Source: Neoconidiobolus thromboides FSU 785 (Eukaryota > Fungi > Entomophthoromycota). Taken from it: 39,686 nt of DNA. Below, in pieces: positions 10,996 through 22,739 of this stretch. The translations under genes were made by a program, and so were the position numbers. The DNA lies in NCBI GenBank assembly GCA_025603075.1, contig MU626433.1, forward strand, positions 1 through 39,686, in the 5' to 3' direction. Every line of letters starts with the position of its first letter. The first letter of the stretch is position 1. A model generated the notes under the pieces. It was not told the origin of the DNA and did not search any database. It saw only the letters and a list, made by a program, of their open reading frames with translations.

Positions 10996-12468
10996 TTAAA
11001 ATCTTAGCGTATTTTCATCATCTTGTGATTTTTCTCCGTTATTTATTTTGGTTTTATTCCTACAAGAATCTGCTGGATTATTATTATTCCTATTAATTTC
11101 AATTGCTTGGTTGATATACTCGTATCCTTCCAATAGCATAACATTTTTCGATCCTTTATTGATACTTTTCAACTCTATAGAATCAGTTGAAATGGAAGAA
11201 TGATGAAACACGAGCTCATTATTAGGTAAAGGGCTTGTTGTATTAATAAAAATGGGATCGGTTAAAGGTTTAGGTAACTGCTTTTTCTTTAGTCTACGTC
11301 TATAAAATATTATAAAAGGTATAAGTAATATGATAATAATTCCAATTGAGCCACCCACTATTCCTCCAATCAACACATTCATGTTGTAGTTATTGTCATT
11401 ATTATCGTCAACTGGCTCTTCTTTTCGATTTTTGACTAATGCTGGCAAAATGCCATCCAGTTCCCAAGTGTTTGTATTAATTAATTGAGTTTTATCCGAG
11501 CTATCTAATTGATTACTTTCATAACCAAAAGAATTGATAATAAAATGATTATAATAAAGTATATTTCCTCCTTCAGCTATTTTATAGTTGATTTTCTTTT
11601 CAATAAATTTGTTTTTATTCAAATCTAATTCATAAATATGGCTTATTTTATTAGATGGAGTAGTTATAAAGTACACCACTTGATCTCCTATTATTATTCT
11701 AGCATACTCCTCGCCTGAAATCTTACTATTTTCCAAATTATGCGATTTTATATCGTAGTTCATTAAATCCATTTCATATAAAACACTATAATTGACTTCA
11801 ATGTAAGTGTTATCAATTGCTTTGGAACTAAAGTAGTAAAGTTTTTCATTTAATAGAAACATCATATCCTTCACTATTGCTGGTAACTTAGTTGTTAATG
11901 TTCTAAAGCTATCTAGTTCATTATCAAATAAAAATAATGGTAAAGGGGTCATAGCTAGAGTACTACTATCATAAATACATAAAGTGACATAGAATTGGTT
12001 AGGGTCCGAAACACTTTGTATAACATTGAGATAGAATTCGTTACCTTTAAAAAGTTGATGAATTTTACTTATCCTCAAAATTTCATCTGTTCTATCTTGA
12101 GTATACCATTTATTCTTCTCAATATCATAACAACTTATTAAAAACTGCTTTTCATAATTAACATAAAAGTTAATGATACTTTTTCTTTTTTTAACATAAA
12201 AGCAATATTGTGAATGCATCTCTAATATATCATTCATTGAACTATATACTTTCCATGGCGCTATCCCCCCTTCTAGTTTAACGTCTTCTCTTAAACTTAA
12301 CCTAAATATTTTATTGTTGTATTTAGTCATTTCCTCCAATTGTGGCAATTGCACTTGGCCACCTAAGCAATAAATTTCATCATCTGCTATTGTACATCCT
12401 CCGGAGGTCATTCGCGGTAGTTGGCAGTTAATCACGTACAATAAAAAATGAAAAATTAATAAAAACAT
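10996..12468 (-). CDS. Type I membrane protein with Kelch/beta-propeller-like ectodomain, 490 aa
   Basis: N-terminal signal-like segment; Kelch-like CTIADDEIYCLGG and YYNHFIINSFG; single TM (GGIVGGSIGIIIILLIPFIIFY) followed by basic RRRLKKK and a cytosolic tail. Confidence 0.75.
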   Translation of the reverse strand: MFLLIFHFLLYVINCQLPRMTSGGCTIADDEIYCLGGQVQLPQLEEMTKYNNKIFRLSLREDVKLEGGIAPWKVYSSMNDILEMHSQYCFYVKKRKSIINFYVNYEKQFLISCYDIEKNKWYTQDRTDEILRISKIHQLFKGNEFYLNVIQSVSDPNQFYVTLCIYDSSTLAMTPLPLFLFDNELDSFRTLTTKLPAIVKDMMFLLNEKLYYFSSKAIDNTYIEVNYSVLYEMDLMNYDIKSHNLENSKISGEEYARIIIGDQVVYFITTPSNKISHIYELDLNKNKFIEKKINYKIAEGGNILYYNHFIINSFGYESNQLDSSDKTQLINTNTWELDGILPALVKNRKEEPVDDNNDNNYNMNVLIGGIVGGSIGIIIILLIPFIIFYRRRLKKKQLPKPLTDPIFINTTSPLPNNELVFHHSSISTDSIELKSINKGSKNVMLLEGYEYINQAIEINRNNNNPADSCRNKTKINNGEKSQDDENTLRF

Positions 12469-13009
12469 TTTGATTTTATAATTGGTATACTTTATGGTTG
12501 TTTATATAGTTTCAGCAAGCGCTTAAAGCAAATTATAAAAAGTGGTTTTGGAGTCGGTGATTATTTTTAGTACCATTTATAAAAAGCAGAGATAAAATCT
12601 ATTAATTTATTATACTTTTATTCTTAGTAAGCACTTGATTTTTTTGTCAAAAATACAAACTAAACTTTAAGCCTATACAATGACACTAGTTTTATGTTTA
12701 TTTTTAATGTATAATAAATTTGAATAAGATTACTGACATGGCTAACTCATCTCTTTATTACAATGGGCTGAATGTTCCACTAACGTAAATAACTGATAAT
12801 TTTAGTTATTCTTTCATTCCAAATATAGCAATTTTTTATATTATCTTAAAATTTGTTACTAGTCTATAATAACTTGGGTTATTCTCGATCCAAGATCAAA
12901 TTTCATTATTTAATAAGCTTCCTGGTACTTAGACTGTTAGACATATAGCTTTGAAACTGCGGCAGTAAAATCTGGTAGTCACCTTTTTATTGTGCTGTAA
13001 CTTATAGCA

Positions 13010-13113
13010 TATGGGGGTGTTTTTTTGACTCCATTACTTTTTCCATTTTTTAAGCACTATTTGAGCGGAAAATTTGTTAGCAAAATTCTTAAACACAAAA
13101 ATACATTCCCATA
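13010..13113 (-). mobile_element. MITE copy (B)
   Basis: TA|TGGGGGTGTTTTT...AAAAATACATTCCCA|TA. Confidence 0.9.
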
Positions 13114-13329
13114 TCCTACTTAATGCCTCAAAGTATGTAGAATTTTATTTTGTTGAGTTATTGTTATTCTCTTTTATTTCATATATAAAATCTTAAATAA
13201 TTAATCCATATTAAATAAGTAAAGTCTATTAAAAATAGTTAGATAATTAGATAGTTATATAGTAAAGAGAGAGGGACAATGCTATAGCTAAACTTAGAGT
13301 AGATTTAGAACCTTAATTTTTTTGGTCAC

Positions 13330-13990
13330 TATGTAAATTGTTACTTCTTATCCATAAAAATACATCTACTCATTGATCCACTTCCCCTTTGAAGACTTCT
13401 TACATCGTTCAACCGATAAAGATCAATATAAAATATCATACCTCCTCCATAATTTCCTATTAGCCTTATAGGATCATTCTCTTAGTAATAACATTGGTCT
13501 TAAATGTTCAGTTGTTCTGTAACGTCTAATGCATGATGCCTTTGCTCCCCTAATCACATTCTTAAAATTCTCTAATACCTTGTCTATTCGCCCCCATTTT
13601 TTTACTGATGGCCATTGGCCTTCACGCTGCTTCTCCAATTGCTCGATATACACTGATTTGTGATGGTACATTTTCTCTGGGATGATCTCTTCAACCTATC
13701 CTCTCACATAAATTTTAGTCTTTAAATCTTTCAAAAAATTTTCATCAAAGTTTTACTTTATCCCACTTTGGTCATCCTTGTTACCAACATAGATTCTAAT
13801 TAGTCCCTATTTTCCTTGATTGGGGCCACTTCTAACGATCAGAGAGTCCAAATAGTACTATCATTGGCTAGTGAAATCCCGTAAAAGTAGTAATGTACTG
13901 GACAAAATAACTTCCTTTCTATGCTAATCCCATCATTGCAATATTTTTAGAGTGTCAGTTATCTGTACATTCATCATCATCTTGATAAAT
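13330..13990 (-). mobile_element. Degenerate retroelement-like relic (possible LINE C-terminal region)
   Basis: ORF 13671-13474 continues in frame past single stops on both sides (...LLLRE*SYKANRKLWRRY...LQRGSGSMSRCIFM), loosely zf-RVT-like. GC-richer than its flanks. Confidence 0.3.
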
Positions 13991-14151
13991 AAAACACTTA
14001 GATGTAAGCCTTTCAAGGATAAAAAGATATCGTACTTTTGATATCTTTATTAACACCAAAAATATCAATAAATAGTAAAAAATCTCTAATATATATTGAC
14101 AAAACATTTAGTTCGAGTTTAAAGGTTCCTTTTAAAATAAAAAAACTAACA

Positions 14152-14254
14152 TATGGGAGTGTTTTTTTTGGCTTCATTACTTTTTCCATCTTAAACGCTA
14201 TTTGAGTGGAAAAATTATTAGTAAAATTCTTAAATACAAAAATACATCACCATA
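14152..14254 (-). mobile_element. MITE copy (B)
   Basis: TA|TGGGAGTGTTTTT...AAAAATACATCACCA|TA. Confidence 0.9.
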
Positions 14255-14855
14255 TTTATTTTTGATCTTTGCAATATTGGCCATATTTTGATTGCTTAAA
14301 AAAGTAACAATTAGACAAAATTCAAAAAGGCATCATTATCCACTATTTTAATTCCAATGTTTATTTTTAAGCTGAAATGATTTAATTCTATTAACTACAT
14401 GTTATTAATTTAGGCTTTTGGAAATAACGATAGTGCTTTTTAATAATATAAATTTGAGACAATATTGTTACTAATGATGCTTTAAAGCTTACTTCTGAAT
14501 AATTTTATAAAGACTTTTGTAAAATCATCAATATTATGCTTCAAAGTAAATTTCCACTCAATGTTATGAATCGTCGCAAACCTTTTTTTTAAAATATGTC
14601 TTTCCAAGGTTGTTTTTATTGAGATAAAACGCAATATAAAATACACATTATAATAAAGAAGCTTTATCCTTATTATGAGCTTTTGGAAAAAGTTTTATTT
14701 AAAAGCAGTCAATTGATATAATAATTAGGCTAAGTCACTCCTACCCAAATGAAAAAATATTCAACTTTTCATTGATTATTATCAACCAATTAAAATCAAT
14801 GAAACAAAGATGAAAGCAAGAGGGGATCATAATCATTTTTTTTAAAATTACAACA

Positions 14856-17534
14856 ATGGAGGGTAAAAAAGGAACTTACAATCTATTTAAAATAAGTCAA
14901 TTTTTAAGCATGGATGATAAAATAAAAGGAAGAGATTTATTAAAGTTGGATAAACATTCATTTAGAAAAAATATGATGGCACTTTATGTTTCTTTAAAAC
15001 AAAATGATGGATTAGATGAAACTCAAAGAAAGAGGACTGTTTTAAGTATGTGGGGTAAATGGCTACGAGAAAATAAGGAAAGTAAAATAGATAATCATAG
15101 TGATTATAATACAAAAACTGGGCCTACAGAGAAAAGGTATGAGAACAATTCAATTGTAAAACAAAAGACGGAATCTGCAGCTTCTCCAATTAACAGCTAT
15201 AAAGAAAATGTAAAGATAATTAAAACAAGCGAAATCAATAATCAAGAAATCCCAAATAAAGCTATAATCATTGATATCAATGACAAAAGCGAAAAAGAGG
15301 TTAAGAAAGATGACGTTGAAAAGCAAAATAGTTCAGATAATTCAATTGAAGGCAAATCAGTAATTTTGATTCAAAATAAAGAAAACAATCCAGTTCAAGA
15401 TAAAAAAAGTGATGCGAATGATACTAAAGTGGGTGAAACAGTTTTGAGTAAAACAAGTACTCCAAATAAGCCTAAAGTAGTTCAATCCAAAACAAATACT
15501 CCAACCAAGCCTAGAGTAAATCAAATGAAATCAAGTAATCCGATTCAAAATAGAGCAACTATCGCAATTCAAACTAGGACAAATAAAGCAATTCAAACTA
15601 AAGGAATTAACTCAGTTCAAGCTAAAATGAGTCAACCCAAGCCAAATAATGTGATTCAAGCTAAAGTAAATACTGCAGCTCAATCTAAAGTAAGTAATAA
15701 GATTCCGATCAAAGCAAATGTTATAAATCAACCCAAAATAAGGAATTTAATCCAAGTCAGTACAAGGGAGGCTTTTCAATCTAAAATAGATGTTATAGCT
15801 CAGCCTAAAGCAAGTGATCCAACCCAAGCTGAAGTAAATAATAAGGTCCTATCTAGAGTCAATAGAGCAACTCAAGCTAAAGAACGTACTCCAATTCAAC
15901 CCAAATTAAGTGATGCGATTCAGAATGAAGTAAATGATATCGATTCAAAGGAAAATAAAAGTATTGAAACAGTTAATAATATCCGAGATAATAACAGATT
16001 AAGCAATGAGAATCTAGCTCAGGGTAAAGTAGGTAATATCAATTCAAAGGAAGATAAAAGTATTGAAACAGTTAATCATATCCAAGATAATAACAAACTA
16101 AGTAATCTAAATGTAGATTACAAAGACCCTTTAACTGAAATCAAAGAACTCATTATGGAAAAAGATATTCCTCTAGTTGAAAATAAGAGTATAAGCACAG
16201 GGAATATAAAAGACAATATTAAGCCTGGCTCCACCAATAAATTAACACAAGAGAAGCTAGTTCAATCAAAAGAAATAAATATTGAAAATAACAGTAAGGA
16301 TATAATGCACCAAACTATCGTATTTGAGGAAAAGACAATGAGTTCAAGTGATGATAGTATTTATGAAAAAAGAAGAAGGCTAATGAAAAACCAAACTAGA
16401 AAATTAAATAAGCCAAGGATTAGTATTGTTGAACGTATAAGTGTTAAAGCTAATAAAACAAAATTTGATTTTAACAAATGTATCAATGAAGTTAAAAGTC
16501 AGAAGGGGATAAATCCAGAGGAGAATTCACTAGATAAGGTGATGAAGGAATGGAATAAAGATAAAGATAATAAATTAGAAAAACTCCAGCAAATTGAACA
16601 AATTAAATTGATTGATAATGAAATAGATAGCTCTAATGAAGTAAAAAATGGTATTGACGGTGATAATGATGATAAAATTAAGAGGGACATTGACTTTAAT
16701 ACTTATTCAGATGTTGAACATAGTACTATTAAGCAACGACACTTGGTTGAACTTGATGATAATTCATTGGATGAGTCTGTATTTATTGATGAAATTAGGG
16801 TGAATAAAAGGAAAGATAGGATGTCTAAAGGACAAAAGAAATTGATAGATAATAATGACATTATAAATAAAAAAGTATATGATATGTCAGTAAAATTAGC
16901 AGAGCAATATTCAAAAGAAAGGTTAATGTATTATCAAATCAATAGCACAAAAAGACTTGAATTTGAGAAGCAAGATATTAAAGAAATGATAGCACAAGAT
17001 GATTTAACTTATGTAGCTGATTGGGCAGCTGATGATGAAGCTAATAAAAAACAGGTGGATCTTCAAAATCAATATAAACTAAAACAATTATTTCCAAAAA
17101 AAACATTGGATCCTGGAGAAGTATTTACTAGAAGGTTTAAAGATATTGGAGATCGAGACTTTTTTAAGTTTAAAACCCAAAATGTTAAATTAACCATTGA
17201 TCCCTATCTTAATAATAAACTACCTTTACCAATACCATCTCAATTATTAAAGAATCACAATGAGGAAACTGAAAATTATAATGGGAATATTACAATAGAT
17301 TCTAATGAAAAGTTGTCATTAAGTGATTTAATAAAACAATCCAAGAGTTTTGTTAATCTGCATCAATATGAACCAATCAATGATGATTTAGATATCTTTC
17401 CAGAAGCTCATGTCCGTAAAATACCACAACTTCGTAATGGTTATAGAAGAACATCCGAATTGGAAAAGGAAGCTGAGAAGATACTAGAAACAGAAGGTTT
17501 AAGGAGAAATGGTAAGAGATCAAATGGAAATTAA
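14856..17534 (+). CDS. Orphan 892-aa K/N/D-rich protein with internal 8-aa and 33-aa repeats; paralog of the 33845 gene
   Basis: Single long ORF. xQxK octapeptide array at 15543-15929 and a 33-aa direct repeat at ~15935-16110. N- and C-terminal blocks align by eye with the 33845 gene. Confidence 0.85.
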   Translation: MEGKKGTYNLFKISQFLSMDDKIKGRDLLKLDKHSFRKNMMALYVSLKQNDGLDETQRKRTVLSMWGKWLRENKESKIDNHSDYNTKTGPTEKRYENNSIVKQKTESAASPINSYKENVKIIKTSEINNQEIPNKAIIIDINDKSEKEVKKDDVEKQNSSDNSIEGKSVILIQNKENNPVQDKKSDANDTKVGETVLSKTSTPNKPKVVQSKTNTPTKPRVNQMKSSNPIQNRATIAIQTRTNKAIQTKGINSVQAKMSQPKPNNVIQAKVNTAAQSKVSNKIPIKANVINQPKIRNLIQVSTREAFQSKIDVIAQPKASDPTQAEVNNKVLSRVNRATQAKERTPIQPKLSDAIQNEVNDIDSKENKSIETVNNIRDNNRLSNENLAQGKVGNINSKEDKSIETVNHIQDNNKLSNLNVDYKDPLTEIKELIMEKDIPLVENKSISTGNIKDNIKPGSTNKLTQEKLVQSKEINIENNSKDIMHQTIVFEEKTMSSSDDSIYEKRRRLMKNQTRKLNKPRISIVERISVKANKTKFDFNKCINEVKSQKGINPEENSLDKVMKEWNKDKDNKLEKLQQIEQIKLIDNEIDSSNEVKNGIDGDNDDKIKRDIDFNTYSDVEHSTIKQRHLVELDDNSLDESVFIDEIRVNKRKDRMSKGQKKLIDNNDIINKKVYDMSVKLAEQYSKERLMYYQINSTKRLEFEKQDIKEMIAQDDLTYVADWAADDEANKKQVDLQNQYKLKQLFPKKTLDPGEVFTRRFKDIGDRDFFKFKTQNVKLTIDPYLNNKLPLPIPSQLLKNHNEETENYNGNITIDSNEKLSLSDLIKQSKSFVNLHQYEPINDDLDIFPEAHVRKIPQLRNGYRRTSELEKEAEKILETEGLRRNGKRSNGN

Positions 17535-17840
17535 TTGAAATTGTATTTATTATTTTAATTATTTCAAATTAAATAAACAAAATCAGCTGCGTTATTTTGT
17601 CAATACTTATTATCTTGTTTACAACCATAATAATTGATAATTAACATTATAGGTTTATAAATGCTCAAAGTATCTAATAATAAAATACTGCTAATAAACA
17701 GAAATTGCAAAAACATAAAATTCTATTAAAGATACTTTTATAAAAACACATAGTGTTCGATAAAAAGCAGTTTTAAGCTATAATTTAGTTATTTAAACCT
17801 TGTAATTAAAGTCAAAAACTTTCCTAATATTGCAAAATTA

Positions 17841-17913
17841 TGCTCCGTATAGGGCTTGAACCTATGACCTTAGCGTTATTAGCACCACGCTCTGCCAACT
17901 GAGCTAACGGAGC
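17841..17913 (-). tRNA. trnI: tRNA-Ile(AAT), copy 2
   Basis: Exact reverse complement of 2982-3054. Confidence 0.95.
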
Positions 17914-18378
17914 TTCCTGCTTTCCTTGAATTTAGGAACAAATAATTTAATTATAAATCCAATTTTAATATCTTGGGCTATTTGTTGGTTGAGCTTTAGT
18001 TTGAAGTACTTTTCAAAGTGTTTTACAACTTTTCTATAGCCAGTAACAAGGACTTGGTAGTTTTCTAAGTCATTTATAATTTTATCAAAAAAGTACATTG
18101 TAATTGATAAAATTCATAACTACATGTATTGTTATTTTATGTGAAGTTACATAAAAAGAAGGAACTAGTAGCTATTTTTTCAAAATGGAAAATTTAGTCT
18201 CAAAATAAATATAAATTTTAATCATCTGAAATTCAACTTAAATCATAAGACATAGCTTTGGTAATTTATTTCCATTTTATTGGGTTAATAAAGTCCACAA
18301 TTTTTTATTGGCAGTGTTTAAACTTTAAGCCATTGAAGTATAAAATGACAAAAAAAAAAAGATTTTTAAAAATCAAAA

Positions 18379-19991
18379 ATGGATCATTCAGTACCTTCAA
18401 TTAATCAACTTAATGAAATATACTCAGATTTACAAGTTCAAAGCCAAAAGTAAGTATTTATGTCATCAATATAATTAACAGTTTAAATATTTTTATTAGT
18501 CTTCGTTATAAAAAATTAATAAAAGAATTTCAAAAACAATTTAATGTAACCCCTCATTTCATTTCAAGGGCACCAGGAAGAGTTAACATAATAGGTAAGC
18601 TAAAAATAATATGAAGTTAAATTATTAATAAGGCGTAAGGTGAACATATCGATTATTGCGGATTTGGAGTGCTACCTATGGGAATTGAAAAGGATATCCT
18701 AGGAGCTGTGTATGTAGAAGATAAAGAAGTAAGAGCTGGTGAAGAAGGATTAGAAATTAGCAATATAAATCCAAAGTATCGCAAAGCAGCCATAAAACTT
18801 TTAAGCAAAGAGGAAGGACTTGTAAATGTTGATATGGAAAAACATGAATGGTATAATTATTGTTTGGCTGGTTATAAAGGGGTATTGGAAACAAAACCAA
18901 ACAATAAAGTAAAAAAAATCAAAATTATGATCGATGGAACTGTACCAGCCGGCTCAGGTTTATCTTCAAGCTCAGCTTTAGTTGTTTGCATGTCCTTAGC
19001 TACTAGCTACTCACAGAATATACCATTAAAACAAAAGGAGTTAGCAAAATTATGTGTAAATAGTGAACGTTATGTTGGTGTTAATGGTGGTGGTATGGAC
19101 CAAACTTGCTCTATTTTAGCTCGTAAAAATGCACTTTTAAATATTGAATTTATCCCCACGTTAAATGCTAGGTTAGTTAAATTACCTAATTTAACACCAG
19201 AATGTGTATTTGTTATTGCCAATTCGAATATAGTAGCAGATAAACAAAAATCAGCTAAATACCATTATAATTTGAGAGTAGTAGAAACTAGAATGGTAGC
19301 CTATTTATTAGCTAGCTATTTAAAATTGGATATTGATTTATTCGAAGCTCCTACTTTAAAAACAGTATTGGATGCCTACTATAAAAACAACTCTAATACA
19401 AGTAATTTGGATAAACTAACAGAATTTTTAAAGCTTACAAAAGAGCATATTAACAAAGAACCTTACACCGTTGAGTCTTTTTCAAGAGATTCCAAATTAC
19501 CTTTAGAGAAAGTTGAACAACTCTTCTTCACCAAATACGACGTAGATCGTACTAAATTTGAACTTTACAAACGAGCTAAGCATGTATTTTCTGAGGCTTT
19601 AAGAGTTTATCAATACTGTGAGTTATGTGAAAGTTCAAGCCCAGATGTAGCTAGCAAATTAGGAAACCTCATGAATGATTCTCAAGGTTCATGCAATTTA
19701 TTATTTGATTGCTCATGTCCAGAATTAAATCAATTAACTCAATTAGCCCTTCAACATGGTGCTTTGGGTTCTCGTCTTACTGGGGCTGGATGGGGTGGTG
19801 CTACCGTTTCTTTAGTTCCTGTTGAAAAGGTGGAAGAGTTCATAAAAGGATTGAGGAATTCTTATTTTAAAAAGTATACCGATGAACAATTCAATGAATT
19901 TGTCTTCCCTACCTCCCCATCTATGGGGGCTGTTCTTTTAAATAATTTGGAACAGTTTTTAAGTTCAACGAAATTAGGTAATAAGCTTTAA
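18379..19991 (+). CDS. GAL1: Galactokinase (GHMP kinase); join(18379..18449,18500..18594,18640..19991)
   Basis: Two introns (50 and 45 nt) rebuild the galactokinase signature RAPGRVNIIGEHIDY. Also PAGSGLSSS, GGGMDQ and GSRLTGAGWGG; 505 aa. Confidence 0.93.
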
Positions 19992-20724
19992 ATTTAATAA
20001 AGAAGATCATATCATTATTTAAAATTGCATGCATATTAAATTCTTCTTCTATTTAGATTCATAGTTGAATGGTACTAAAGTTTGTATTTAATATTAATAT
20101 TAAATATAGTAAATTAAAAAGGATCATAAAAACTTTCCTGGCGTCTATTGGTTTCGATTATAATAATTTTAGTATTTTATATTATTTTAAAAATAAAAGT
20201 ATAGAAATGTTATGTAATGAATTTATTATTTGTTTAGTTTTATATTATTTCTTTATTCATTTATATCGATTTTTAATGTTTCATGTCATTCTTAAACATC
20301 TTTTAATATATAATAAAAATGATCAAACTGAAGGAAACAAGATAAGCTTCTCTATCTTTTATACAAGATATGGTTTACAAAAAGTTTATTAGGGTACTGT
20401 TTAATGATTTTTCAACTTGAATTTGGGAATGCTTTTTTGCATTAGTATTTTGTCCATTTATAAAAAAATCTAAATTTTGAAAATAATTGTACTCAAAAAA
20501 CACCTCTATTTAGTTTTTAGTATTTATTTACTCATCCAATTAATTTAATAAAAATAGAAAATTTAACAATATCTTTTAATCCTTATATCTTTTATATTTA
20601 AAGCTTATATCGGATGCTATATAGTAAATTCATGATCTTATTTCTATTATCATAAAACAACTACAGATGCTTAAAAATAACATCCACAATTTTTTTTTGT
20701 TTCTTTCGCTTTTTTAAAATAGGA

Positions 20725-20827
20725 CATAGGGATGTTTTTTTGGTTTCATTACTTTTCCATTTTTTAAGCACTATTTGAGTACAAAGATTGTTAGCAAAAT
20801 CCTTAGACAAAAAAATACATCCCCACA
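20725..20827 (-). mobile_element. MITE copy (B) flanked by CA instead of TA
   Basis: CA|TAGGGATGTTTTT...AAAAATACATCCCCA|CA. Confidence 0.88.
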
Positions 20828-21008
20828 TCTTGTGTAAAATAACCAAGTTACAGAAAGTAAAAATATTATACTTAATTAAAGCAAACTATACAAGTTGAAT
20901 ATAGAATAATCTAGATACTTTTTCAAAACCCTAGAATCAAACTACGTTGTTGTCTTAATATAAAAGATCAAATTATTTTATAAAATTTCTCTTTAACATA
21001 CAAATAAA

Positions 21009-22458
21009 ATGCTTAAACTGGAAGATTTACCAGATATTATTTTGTTACAAATATTTAATTTAGTTAACCCAGATGATTTGTTTGATCTTTGTTTTTTGAA
21101 TAAATTTCTTTATAGTCGTATTTATGATATAATATACAATAGTTTATGCAATTCTGTTTACTTTGATCACGATTACCATGAACTTCAAAATAATTTTACA
21201 ATTACGGATGGAGATAAAATAAGAGATTTAATCATGAATAGCAGTGATGACTATCATTGTTTAGAGCTATGTTCAAATACCGCCAGTTTATGTATCAGCT
21301 TCGAGGGCGGATTAAAAGAATTAGACGTATTATTAGCTTCAAACTTATATCCTAAATTAAAAAAGCTTAGTATATATATACCTTATGATGAATATGAAAA
21401 ATTCGTAAGTTGTTTGCCACAGTTTAAGCAAATGTTGGATGATATTGAGTTTCTCAGTATCAATAGTGTTAGTGTTAATACCAATGAATTTATAAACTAT
21501 CTTAATCCAAACAAACTTAAATCGTTAGAGTTGCATTCAGACTATAATGCTGATTCAAGCACATTAACAAAGATAAAAGATAAACTGCCATTGTTAAAAC
21601 TATCAATAGTCTCGTACGATGATGATGAAATGAATTATGGATTTGATTATCTTATATATGGGGATGTATTTTTGTATTTAAGAATCTTACTAACAAATTT
21701 TCCGCTTAAATAGCACTTAAAAAATGGAAAAAATAATGAAGTCAAAAAAGACACTCCCATATTATGATTCTACAAGTAAGCTCATAATCTGTTTAGATCG
21801 TTTGATATGATATTTCAATTAAATGAAAAATCTGTCAACTTATAATGATATTTATTTGTACCCATTCAATTATAATGTTGATAAAAGCATATCTAATAAA
21901 CTAGATAAATATAAAATCTAATCTTTAGGTTATATTAATCCAACGATGCTTGAAATAACAGATTTAAACTTATTATCAAATTTAAAGAAAGTCAGTATTC
22001 GAGAACATCAAGAATTATACACAGTATTAAGTTCGATTTGTTTATTATCAATAATACAAACTACTGAGTTTTGTTTCGTTGATATTTATCATGAAACAGA
22101 TACATTCATTTCTTCTAAGCATTTTGATTTAGATGAAAATTAATATGATAACAATAATGATTATTACTATAGACAGCCCTTAGCTATGATCAATCCAATT
22201 CAATGTAAATTTGTAAAACGTTTAGTGTTTGATAGTTGTGGTTTATTGTTTCAAGACATCTTAGATGTTTTATGTTTCTTTCCCAATGTTGAAGCAGTTA
22301 AGCTTTGTTACATTGTTTTTAAAGGATCTGAAAAAGAGTTAGTATATAAAAACACCAACTCTATTTTACTTCAGTTTAATAATGTTTCATTCGGACGTGA
22401 TGAAACTAATATCATTAATAGTTTAAATAAAAATTCATTAGCTACTTTAATAAAATAA
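21009..22458 (+). pseudogene. F-box/LRR-like gene, MITE-interrupted and with premature stops
   Basis: N-terminal F-box (LEDLPDIILLQIFNLV...LNKFLY). MITE at 21657-21761. ORFs 21946 and 22186 share a frame and are separated only by TAA 22141-43; another in-frame TAA at 21919-21. Confidence 0.75.
21657..21761 (+). mobile_element. MITE copy (A) inside the F-box coding region
   Basis: TA|TGGGGATGTATTTTT...AAAGACACTCCCA|TA. Confidence 0.92.
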
Positions 22459-22739
22459 TAAGTTTTTTTAGTATTTGATTTTTTTACTTTGAATCATGAC
22501 AATGTTCATTAGTAAGTTAAAAAATGTAAACGATACTAATAATACATATAATTAGCGCTATGTGGATAGCAATTGCTATATACTAAAACTATCTTAGGTT
22601 CCATCCGCTTTAGTCAATAGCAAGTTCAATTTAATTTTCAAAGAAACATCATCTTTCAGGATATTAAAAAAATGTCATTATCAGTTCAAAATAAATTAGT
22701 TTCTAATTAATTTATATCCAAGTACCCTTAAATTTTAGC

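Noticed and set aside
20069-20392. 107-aa ORF downstream of galactokinase
   Set aside because: F/I/Y/L/K composition typical of random AT-rich ORFs, no motif, and it overlaps the likely 3' UTR.
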